The notes beneath the pieces were generated by a model. That model had not been told where the DNA came from. It ran no database searches and was given only the letters and a program-made list of their open reading frames with translations. A DNA stretch of 64,000 bases, taken from Trichoplax adhaerens. Lineage: Eukaryota; Animalia; Placozoa. Below are positions 52,386 to 64,000 of this stretch, one piece after another (position 1 is the stretch's first letter; each line of letters opens with the position of its first letter). The position numbers and the translations under genes are program-made. The DNA is taken from the NCBI RefSeq assembly GCF_000150275.1, contig NW_002060953.1, positions 7,487-71,486 on the forward strand, in the 5' to 3' direction.

Positions 52386-55069
52386 TATCCAATACTACAG
52401 TATCGAACTCTGTTCCTGTTATTAAGGCTAAAGAGTCTTTGTTGTCGCATAATAACAGTAGTTCAAAAATGTAACGTATCCTACAGTATTATTAATAATA
52501 TGAAAAGCCTCTTGATAAAGAAATCTATAATATATAAAATATTTAGCATCCAATCGAATAAAATTTTCGAAATACTTTTAAGTTTATACGAGATTCTAGG
52601 ATAATTTTTTAAATTTAAGCATAAGCGTAAATAGAATGTTGCTTATTTATCACCACAACAGTAATTAAGTACATGATGCTTTAAAAACTATAGTCAGACT
52701 TTGTAGTTATTCACTATACTGCTGAAAAATTAATTTTAATAATCATTTTAATAGCCGTATACTCGTATGTTCTAACAATGACTTGCGAACAAAGTTGAAA
52801 GATCTATAATTGGGCTGCTTTGCACAATTAAATTAGTTCTATTTTTGATTCGGGAAGGACTCAAGTCTATATTTAAATAGACTTGGACAAAGATCTTAAG
52901 TATTTATAGAGGACATAAAAGAAGCAGTTTAGATCATCTGTACGAATTGACTTACAAGTATAGAACAATTATCAGAATACTACTAAAATTCTACCTTAAA
53001 AGCAGCTATTACTAACATTACGCTCTTTATGATGCATTTAATCAATTCTTTAACTTCTATTTAATTAAATATTGGCACGTAACATGATATCGCTGAATTT
53101 ATTATCAATTAAGATGGAGCTTACGATTATCTACAGGCTTTAAATTTATTCACTAGATGTCAATAGCAAGTAAAATCAGTTTTTATTAGTTGGAGGAAAA
53201 AAATTACGTTATAATAACATATTTCCTCATGACAAGATTATTTAAAAGTCGTTATAAAGTGCTCAAAGAAAGAATGTTTTCTGCTTGAAATAGCTATTAC
53301 GCACAAAAATCAATCTGTAATTTTTAATTATTAGCAGGATATATTGTGCATTTCAAAGAAATAAAATATTCATCGCTCCTAATTTTCGTTTATAAATTTA
53401 ATTCAAGATGATAATAATCATAAATTAAAAAGCTTCAAGGTAATCTAGAAGAATTATACTGTTTCGAAAATTAGAGTATAAAAAAGTTTTCTGATAATTA
53501 TAGATGTAAACAGGAGCGATATTTTACGGACAGGCTAACTGTAATAAATGAGTGATACGGGCTTGTCCGAAATTATCAATAGAGCGATGGTAATTTTGAT
53601 CTAATATAAAAAAAATTAATGTAAACAGACTTCTTTAGGTGATCAATACTATTTGACGTTAATTTTGTAACAAAGTTGATGAAATATTTTTTACCAATTT
53701 CTGCGAATTTACCGGTAATGCTTAGCAATACTTCAAATAAAGTACACTAGTTTAGTATTCTAGCAAGGAATAAAAATCGTAAGATATCGCTCAAATAAAC
53801 GTCGGTTGTACGAACAACATAATATGGTATATCTGTTTGCATATTATCGAGGGATAGATTCATTGCTCTATAAATCTATTTTTACAAGAATTGCTCCTCT
53901 TGTGCTAATGAATGACGTCATAAACTGTAGTATAGTCCTGAATATGCTATTGAACATAATATTACCAGAGTATGTAGCGTACAGTAGTTTCAAAAGTGAT
54001 GATAATTTATCAATGGTATTTGTTAGAGTAAAAGGTGAGATATTTATTAATTGTGAGCTTACGGGCGCATAAATTTTAGAGATTATGCTTAACATCACAC
54101 CATTAACGCTTTGCGTTTGTAAGAGTTGCAATACTCGTTGGTACAATTCGTAAACCGAGTTTACATGTCGTTCTAGCTGCCCGTTTGGTATATTAATAAA
54201 TCATTTTTATTATAAAACAGGAAACTATTCCAATTATTATGAGCTTAATCGAGCGACTAATATTAATCATATATTGATTCTCAATCATAACTACTTGATG
54301 CATTTCTAAACTCATTGAAAGATGCAATAGTCGATTGAATCATCTTGACTCTAAATTAGTTCATATATTCAACTCTTTCAAAGAGTTCTTATATTTATTT
54401 CAGTCATTACTGATTTTCTATGTTCCTTGGGAGACTGCTAAGATAGAAATAATTTATTAATACTGAAAAGTAGTAACTAAATAACGCTTACTATTTTCGG
54501 CTAGGATTGGTTATAGTAAATAGAAAACAAATACTATAGTTCTGGTATACAATTACTAAGGCATAGAGTGTAAAGAAGATTTAGAGCGAAATTTAGTATG
54601 TATGCTATAAATGAATATGGGATTGGAACATGAATTAATCTCGGCAGTTATTTCAATCGTTTGTGAATGTACAGCAAACCAGGAGAGAAAGTAAAAAGTT
54701 ATTTGAATGTAAAATGATGGTCTCTGTGCACAACTATAAGAAAGCTTAGTATTATATGTTTTTACTCTCATCAAAACAGTTAAATCAGAAATACTATATG
54801 TGAGCAATTTTGACAATGTAAATGGCAACTTGCTTCCGGCCAATTAACTGCTGCCAATAATTCAAAGTTCAAAGATGAATGATCATTTCAAAGAAATTTA
54901 CTTCACTTTAGGCAGACTTTGACAGCCTAGCAAATTCATTTAGAGTTTTGCCTGCGTTAAAATTTTGATCAGTCATAAATAATATAAATTGAACTATGCT
55001 AAGTATGAAATACGAAGCAGGATCTTCCTTACAAAACATCAATTACATCTAGCATAGACCGGAAATTTA

Positions 55070-55950
55070 AGGAAACTATATTCGTCGCTACCGTTGATAG
55101 TATTGTTGTAACTACTGTCTTTGCCATTTATTTTAATTTCTTAAATTTTATTTTTTGTGTATCGACACGGTATGCTTCATAAAAACAAAAACTTACTTAT
55201 CTGTAACATATCATTAAGCAATCTTCTTTATGGTTCAATAGCATTGCTATTTTTGACTGCGACTACGCTGATTAGCAAGCTTGCCAAGTTCAAGGCTTAT
55301 CTGGAATCTACTTAATATAGGTCATCAGCGGTATTATTAGCTATCAGTATCGATCAAAGGCTGGCAATTGTAAATCTTTTTTCATTTTATATCTAGAATT
55401 AAGCTAACTAAGAAGCATAAAAGTAATATCATGCTGTAATGACCGAATAGTAATCTCCCGCTAATCTTGGCAGGATTGCCGATACTTGATTTAAAAAGAT
55501 ATGGTTCTGAAAGGTACATTTATTCGCATATCTTACTTTGCTCGATATTCTTTAATTTTGTTCCAGAAAGCCACGTTATATGCCGGATAGTGTTATTAAT
55601 TAATACTAATTAGTATCTTTGCAATTGTTATTTTACGCTGTTACATTGCATTACTGATTGTTACGTTTCGAAAATTTAGATGAGTTAAAAAGCATAGCAT
55701 CAGCATTAGGAGATCTATTCGTAATACCTTTGCCTTTTATAAGATCCAAATTAATATACTAGATACTGTGCATAATTATCAATATGTATACTTTTCAGAT
55801 TCTAGAGAGCAATACAATAGTTGCTATCAATGATTTTAATAACTTCGTAGCTATATATTACTCTTCTTAAATTCAGCGATCAATCCCGTTACATACGCAA
55901 TAACCAAACATGAACTGGTAAGCGATTGCTTCAAATACTAGATTTGAATA
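55070..55950 (+). pseudogene. Heavily decayed class A GPCR pseudogene (not shown by the ORF track)
   Basis: Fragments in paralogue order: CQVQG (~55282), AISIDQRLAIVNLF (~55340), LKRYGSERY (~55491), RRSIRNT (~55708), SAINPVTYAIT (~55873). Confidence 0.85.
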
Positions 55951-57013
55951 CATAGCCGGTAGCACAAATCGGCAACTTCTTCTGAATTACCTTACATAAA
56001 TGCCTTGTTAGTTTGAAATTACTGATTTTATATTAATTTTTGTCTAAGATATTTCTAATGTGTGCTGTAGCTTTTAACCAGATAGTTTTATTTGCGAATA
56101 AAAACATATGCATACTATATACTAAAGTCATTTCAGCCTAGCATTGTCACAACTCAGTAGTTGGAATAAGATAGACGCAAGTTAATAAAGACACAAAGTC
56201 ATGTTTTAGAACTGAAGTCATTAACGACAGTGATCTTCGTCTTAAGAGAAACTCTGATTAAATAGAAAAGGTCTCTGCGAAAACAAGTTATTTTTGTTAT
56301 CTTCATTTGTTAATATGCTGTTCATGACTCTAGTAAATATGTAACAAATTTTCCTACGTCATCCTACTTTTTCTAAGACATTTGTGTCGAACAATATTTA
56401 TTTGCAGTATCATGATTACTCCTGATTCATTTAGTAACAAACTTTTCAAACTATCTTAAATTAATTTTACGTGTATAATTTGATGCTACTAAAAATCGAT
56501 GCTAGTCAGGTATAATCGGTAAAGCTAGTAAGCTAGAGGATAATTATTATACTGTAAAGTTAGAAAGCTTAATTAAAAATGAACAATAGCAAATTATAGG
56601 TTATAACTAAGAGGATGATCTAGCGAATAAAGGATGATCGCAATGTTTTGTTACTTCATGAAGACTATTTCAAGCTTTCATGGCTACAGGATCTCATCAT
56701 TACAAAGAACAAAACTTTATCATCAGAATAGAGGTATTCTTTGTCAAATATAAAGTCAATTTATCCATAAATATTAATCAATAGATTAGAATAATTGGGT
56801 CTATAACTTATTCATTATCAGCCACATTAAATTTGAAACAATATACTGTAATTTTTAATTTATTAGGCTATCATCATTCGTTCTTCACATTGATCTGCTG
56901 TCATTTGTCAAGAAATATCATGTATTAAGCTGTTACTATCTACAAAATTTAGCCCCTTTCTTCTATGCTCATTTAATTTCGTCATTATTAATATTAAAAA
57001 GTAGTTATATACG

Positions 57014-57562
57014 TGTAATGTAACTAGTATTGTGATTGTAGACTGCTAGCCATGTTTAGTATAATGTACGGTAGATATTATCCTAAGAGATATTTGGTAG
57101 CTATAACTATAGACTGTTGTGGTAGAGACTCTATGCTAGAGTACAGATGACTATATACAGTAAGCTGTTGAGTTACTAATAAGGCTATAGGTAAAAATAG
57201 AACTGTAAATCATATATTAGGATATGGTTAATTCATTGTACTTTGCTGGTGTGAATAATGTCTACGTAAGTACTGTAGTCGTATCCATATTGGATTAATG
57301 ATGGTCCGCAGTACAATAGTCTTACTAAGAATAGTTTAACTATGTGTAAAATAAGGTAAAAGGTTGCCATACGGATTGTAGCTGCGAAAGCTACGAAAAG
57401 TATAAAAGCATGCAACTTTAGATTATTCTGTTAGTTCGTTGTAGAAGTCTTTAGTAGTAGTATTCGGCTAAAGTAGAGCTGTGTGTAATTGATCTTTGTA
57501 TAAGATTCAATAAAGCCCTTATTTTTCTAAAATTTGGAATTTCGTGATTGGTATATATCACA
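57014..57562 (+). mobile_element. Solo LTR family C (549 bp), 5-bp TSD ATACG
   Basis: TGTAAT...ATCACA; ATACG at 57009-57013 and 57563-57567; TATAAAA ~57401, AATAAA ~57509. Confidence 0.93.
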
Positions 57563-57648
57563 ATACGTTAAACGAGTAATAGCATATAGCATATCGTGCA
57601 TGATTTCTTATCACCGCTATTCAAGTCTGAGTATCCTTAAATTAGATC

Positions 57649-58925
57649 ATGGACTCGAACACTAATTTTTATCCTACTAATCCAGCACAATACGATGTAA
57701 CTGTTGGTCTTCACAATCAAACAACATTATATCCAGATTTTGTATTTAGTAGAAACGATCCAAGAATCCTTTTCGCAATAATTATCGCAGTAATTATTAG
57801 TGTTTTAGCTGTAGCTGGAAATTTACTCAATTTAATTTTCATATATCTGTTACGGATTTACTAGCGTCTCTGTATCTAATTATAGGATTTCTTGTATTGC
57901 ATTCATATCGGTTGTATTGCAACCTTATCAGAGCTTAACGGCACTAGTTCTGTTCCGTACTAGATCAGTAAAGCTACAGTATTGTACAGTATATAAGGTG
58001 GTGAGAAATCAGAATAAAGGTAGATATTCACGTGGAAGCTTAGCTGACGATCTCGCTTCAGTTGACTGAGAGCATACCAAAAAACAGACGCTATCGTTAC
58101 CGCTAACAATATCGATGTCCACTATTGAATGAAACGAACAATTTAGTTATCTTTAATTTAGCTTGTATTGATTTTCTTAATGGTTTGATAGTCATACCGT
58201 GTGCTATTATTACTATTGTAATGGGTAATTCAGGCGAAACTTTATGCCAATTGCAAGGATTTATTTTATTTGCAATGTATGGAGCATCTTTATCAGCTGT
58301 ATCAGCTGTAAGCATCGATCGCTGTCTGGCAATCGTTAATTCATTTGGGTATCAACCCAATGTAAATACTCGAAAAAGTTTGGTAGTTCAATTATACATC
58401 TAGTTTATACCTTGTTAATTTGTGGCAATCCCCCTGTTAGGTCTAGAAAGATAAGGCTTAGGAAAATATTCATATCGGATTTTGTGTGGTATTTCTTTTA
58501 ATGATTATAAAACAAATTTGGCCATAGGCTGGATGTTCTGGATATTTATTGCTATAACCATTCTGATCATTTTATTTAGTTAAACTGTTATATTTGTTGT
58601 AGCCTGTAAAAAGATTGTTGGAAATTTGAGTCGCAGTAGAAACATTATGAAATCAATTAGGACAACATTACTAATTGTAGGAACTAACCTTATTTGTTGG
58701 GTACCATATTTAATCTTTGGTATTAGAATGTATTCCACGCGAAAACACGACATAACTCTTTATAATTATATGCCAGATGCATCAATGATCATTTTAATAT
58801 TATTGACATTTAGCAATGCTGCACTTAATCCAATGATCTATGCTACTACTAATAGCGTTTTACGTCAGCAATATCATCAATTTATTCATATAGTCCAAGT
58901 CCAACCTTTTATAGCTTTGTCTTAA
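57649..58925 (+). pseudogene. Class A GPCR pseudogene: LTR insertion plus four in-frame stops
   Basis: Removing 57848-58113 restores ..FIYRCPLLNETNNL..; a single frame then runs to NPMIY with stops at 58401, 58416, 58452, 58581. Confidence 0.95.
57848..58108 (+). mobile_element. Solo LTR family I (261 bp), 5-bp TSD ATATC, inside a GPCR CDS
   Basis: TGTTA...TAACA; ATATC at 57843-57847 and 58109-58113; TATATAA ~57990, AATAAA ~58013. Confidence 0.95.
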
Positions 58926-61083
58926 TTTACTTTTTCCTTATTTTGAACAAAAAGTAATTAATACTAGCTTACAATCTAATCGATAATCAAGTTTAAAGCT
59001 TGTAAGAAAATACAATTCCTCTTCGCTAATGATGGCTTGTATTTACAATTAGTGCTGATAAGTATACATTCTTTAGACTAAATTTAACTTAAATGTTTAT
59101 TTCTACTTTTAATTAGTAGCAAAACTTTGCAACAACACATAATTTTATTTACCTTGCGCAAGCCTCACGTGCGTTGCCAAGTAATGTTATGTGCCAAAAT
59201 CAGCCAAAACTCTGTCCATCATATCTCTTTTTTCTAAAGCTCATTATTGACGAATTATGTTACATCTTTTAAGCCAATATACTAAAAATTGATACTATAA
59301 GGAATACAAGAAATTAAGGAAAATTGCAACACTTACATCATAAATAATCGCTGTTGTTGGTAAAGATATTATCGGTACCATCTTTTCTTTACTACTTTAA
59401 TTTTAATGACAACTTAGCTACAAATAATATAAATTAGTCATATCAAAACTATGAATCAATGATTACAGGCGCTGAAGTCCTTATAAAAAAAAGCGCAGTG
59501 CATTCAGGTCTTATATCCTTTTTTGAAAATCTAAGCAGTTTGACTATTACTAATTATAATAACACGATGCATCTACCTTAAATAACTGTAGAATTAGAAT
59601 AAATAACAAGCCCTGAAAGTATTCAATATTAGAAACTATTCTAATACCAATTTTATTCTACACATGTTTGAAGGTAATCATACTAACTGTACAGTACGTT
59701 AATGCAGAATAGATTAGCAAGATGAATATACCTTATCTATAGAGTAGTCAACGATGTTTAGTAGCATAGCTTTATTTGCATTACGAAATGTTTCATACTT
59801 TTTCCATCTTGTGCCGTAATATTAATTGTAAATAATTTGTATTATATTGCGTGTTGTGTCTTGATCATTCTGTGAAAGAGAATTTTGATATTTATATCCT
59901 TAAATATTATCGCATTAATTAGGTATTTCGAAATTAATTTATTGCCTAATTTTAATAAGCGCTTTTGACACACACCTAACTAAAATCTCAAATTTCTATA
60001 AAAGGGCATGTAAGCCCAATATTTTATAAAATAAACTTAGTTCTTAAGTTTAATACTAAGGCAAATTCAAAGGCGTATAAAGCACGAAGAATCTGTAAGA
60101 TTAGGAATAAGTATCCAAAGTGTTTCTTAAACGATTTTAAGTAGAATAATACGTATTTCAGAGCGGGACAAATTATAGATTAAGCTTTTCGTTATTTTGC
60201 AACAAAGTCGGCTTGCAACAGTTAAGCAGTATTCTCTTACTGGGTTTGAAATATTGTTGAATGTCAAGATATTATTAGGTATCGCGGAATCCTTACGTTA
60301 ATAGAATATTACCTAGTTATAGCTTAAATAATGTAGGAGCCATATTGCACTGCATTTTACAAGAGATATGAGAGCGTTTTCTTGCACAAACTAACATTAC
60401 TCTCAAGTGTAAAAATAAACCATATATTTGCCTTATAAATCCGTTTCTTAGCGGTGACAAGATTATTTTCCTGGAGTCGAATGTGGATTTAAAAATTGAA
60501 TATGCAAACATTCTAAGATCCAGATGCTATATTACTCTAAACTGCTGTTTAAAAAATACCGGGAGCAGATGTTAGAGCATGCAAGAAAAACAAGGTTAAT
60601 AATAAGCATCATAACTATTTATTAAGCGTAACTATAAATTAGATATCTATCTGACTTACTAGGTCATACTCAAAATTGGAAAGTTTTAAAATTTAAACTT
60701 TAATCTGTTAGCGTTCCAATAAACTTACACAGTACAATATTATTAATACATTTTGGTGTGAAAACGATATATATGACCATAACCATTTCTTTTAAGTACA
60801 AAAGTAATGCTTCTGTTAGCAGGCGTCTTTTTCTTATCCTAAATTATGTCCATTGCAGTTGTATATAAAATTAAAGATGTTACGATTCACCGTTCAAATT
60901 CGCTAATCCGCTTATGGCTTTGTCTCTATCCACTAGGTCTGCGAAAGTTGCTAGTGAATTTAAATGACTCCGTCATTTGATAGCTACTTTGCTATGAAAA
61001 TTAACAGAATCGATTGATTTTAATTGATACTCAAGTCTTTATTAAAATTGCAAGATTGCAATACTTGATTTCATCAGCAATGG

Positions 61084-62441
61084 TGTAGTAAAGGACTAAA
61101 AGTAGAGTTCTTTATAGCGTTTAGTATGTAACTAGTACTATTTTACTATAGAAAATACCTAGAAAGTAATAGTGTCTTTAAGTTTTACCCTGCCAAATCA
61201 TCATGTCGCCATCTTTTCTTTTTCATTATTCTACAAGGTATTATACAGATTACTATAGAAGTAGCCTTAGAGCCAATGCCTAATCTAAAGAAAGGGCGTT
61301 TCATCATCTACTCAAATTGTAACAAAATTTGACTTAGTAACAAAACCCTATCCTTGGAGAAAGGGGACTTATGACATGACGGTAAATTACTGTAATGTAG
61401 TCTACAATCGTACAGTTACCGTACAACCTGACGCTAAAACATCAACTGTCAATACTCAGCGATACTAATGACAGAAAAGTAGTCGTGATAGTCATATAAA
61501 ATTTTTTGAAAAAGCGATTACTGTGATCATTATAAAATCCGGATTTTTCGGATTCGGATTCCGGAACCGGTCGGATTTATGTCCGATATAATTTTCCTGT
61601 TTTAATTGTTGGATTTTTGTTCATGGAAAATATTGTAAGGGTAGATTTTTTAAATTTGAACTTATTGTTATGAATTTGAAACTTTGGAATTTTATGACGT
61701 GACACGAAAGTCACATTAGGAAAGTTTAGTGAGGAAAATAGAAAATAAGATGGAAATTGGCAGAGGTTGTGTTGATTGTTATGTAGTTAGAATGTTATTT
61801 TTGTGACTAAATCTTGATATTTAAAGGTTAATTTTTAGACTTTTATAGTGCATTAATGATAGAAATTATGCTAGAAGTGAAGTTTGATGTATTTTATAGT
61901 TAACTTGTTGGTTTATAGTGTTTTGTTAGGGAATCGTATGGTAAATTGTGTCTGAACTTTGAATGATTTTTGTTTTCTTAAATGGTGCGAAGTAGTTTTC
62001 TAAAACGGATCTTGAGAGCGATTGGTTAGCAAATGTTTAGTTTTAAATACCTCTGACGGCTCTACAATGCCTATAAATGATAGTGCAATTAGAAAATTTA
62101 GAGGGAGAGTAGAAGAAGATTGTTTTGAAGAACTTGTTAATTTAAAAGGCCTTCGGGGTCGAATTGTCGTAAGTTAAAACGTTCTTCTTTTTGAAAGGTT
62201 GTTTGGTCGTTGACATTTTTAAGTCTGTCACTTATTTTATTAATACTTAAAGCTAAGTATTTGCAACGTTATTCAGTTTATACTTCTCTCAATTTTGTAT
62301 TGTAATAAATTGTTGTTCGATTATTTCCCCAAATTATATTTGGGGTCAAAGTTTCGTTAAGTCGACCGGAGTTCAACGAAAGTAGAATCAAAGTTTGTTA
62401 AAGTTTTGTAGCTTGATCTCTACACATTTCATTTCAATACA
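61084..62441 (-). mobile_element. Family D copy (1358 bp), imperfect 4-bp TSD ATGG/GTGG
   Basis: Reverse complement of 34385-36441 without E; TGTA...TACA. Confidence 0.85.
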
Positions 62442-62457
62442 GTGGCATATATGTTAG

Positions 62458-62952
62458 TGTCAAAAACTTATGTTGCGAACTTCTACACTAAACTAATAGA
62501 TTACTTATGCCTTGCTCCACTACACCTGGAGATCTACTGTATGGTAGTTCTTTACTACTTTCGGCCACACAGGGATAAGACTGTTCTAAAAGCTTAGTAA
62601 AGTTTTTATTAGTAGAGTAGCTGAGTACCTTCTCGTACACGATCTAATAAGGAACTCAGGAACTGAGCATTCGCTCGTCCTTTATACCATTCCACTAAAT
62701 TTATGGTGCACACATAGTAACTTGACAATATAAGATTTACATGATTTGTATAGGGTGCTAACGTGTCGCCATTATTAATATCTACTGTATATAGGCTCTA
62801 CTAATTAATTGCAAATACAATTATGCCTTTTGTCGTCTAGCAATCTAGACATTAATATTCTTAATTTCAATTATCGCTTACCAATATGATCCATTAGCTA
62901 AATACTGACAAAATCTATTTAATTAGCAAGTACGGTGCTTTACTCCGTAACA
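62458..62952 (-). mobile_element. Solo LTR family H (495 bp), 5-bp TSD GTTAG
   Basis: TGTCA...GTAACA; GTTAG at 62453-62457 and 62953-62957; shares its 3' end with G. Confidence 0.88.
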
Positions 62953-64000
62953 GTTAGAAAATTAACAGATTAATTAACACTATTTGAAGATAGATATTAA
63001 CGAGGAGCAAACTGCTCTACAAACACGAAAACGTATCAATTATATGAAACAAGCCAGCATCTTTACTGATTAATTTACCGAATCTAAGCAATAATAACTG
63101 TTTCATCACTTTCAGTAAGAAGTTTACAGTTTCAAGCTTAAAGACAACGAAAATTGAGATTTAATAATTTTCTCAATAAATTTCTAAATTTGCTAAAGTA
63201 TGCTGAATACTGTACTTCCTATGACTTGGCATGTCGTTGCAACCTATAGCTTACTTAATTAATATTATATTAATATGCGCTACAGCTACAGCTAAATTAT
63301 CATGACGCAGATAATTGACGCGTTTTACATTGTTAATGAAAAAATGACTTTCCTTCTTCTTAGAAAATAATACCGTAGAGTAACGAATAGTTTTCTAGTG
63401 ATGATAAAATATACTTTTAAGGTGGTGGAAATTTAAATAAAGGACTTTGTCACGTTTTAATATAATGGGTTATAATACTCTTATATAAAATTTATATTCA
63501 GTATAGCTATTGTTGATAATTAAAAATTAAGCGTTCGTTGATTAATAATTCAACTATCAAACGATATTGAGATACATTATGCCTTTTCTGCATATTAAAA
63601 TTTTACCCCAATTCTTTATAAATTAAATCTGTAATAACTTAACAGTGTTAATTCTAGTTAACAATCTAGGATGTTGCTCCTTCTAACAAAATTGAAAAAC
63701 AAATGTAATCAAATTTTTACTTTCCAAACGAAATCCAGTTATAAACACTGTCATACGGTATCATTTAAACCTATAACTAAAGCATCGAAGAGATAATACT
63801 TTAAAGTAAAGCTGGATCTACATCCTTCCTTTCATCAGGTATAAGCGTGTTTCTACGAAGGACTGATAAAACAAATTACTAATTTTCCGAAAATCTCAAT
63901 TTAAAATTATTAAAATGGCTGGTCAGCCACAATTTTTAATCGATAATTTATCAGTTCTATCGAAAGAAATTGTATGCGAATCCACAATATCTCCAACAGA

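Noticed and set aside
14538-57415. Duplicated ~60-aa ORFs (14538-14726, 57233-57415)
   Set aside because: Antisense ORFs inside family C LTRs; no coding signal.

Overview
AT-rich eukaryotic (non-bilaterian-animal-like; I suspect a placozoan such as Trichoplax, but that is inference only) draft-assembly window with five N gaps. Two layers are visible. (1) A co-oriented (+ strand) tandem cluster of intronless class A (rhodopsin-like) GPCR paralogues: four intact ORFs, one ORF cut by a gap, four clear pseudogenes and one 3'-end relic. They share an unusual signature: no Pro at 5.50, a polar residue at 6.44 (IVGTNxxCWxP) and no Lys at 7.43. (2) The intergenic DNA holds about 20 non-coding solo-LTR-like elements from about 9 families, roughly 11 kb or ~17% of the window by my hand tally. 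They have TG...CA ends and 4-5-bp target-site duplications that can be read exactly, some are nested, and one splits a GPCR codon. No gag/pol is recognisable. Most families end in a conserved wobble-paired 3' hairpin. Most short ORFs in the track are spurious.
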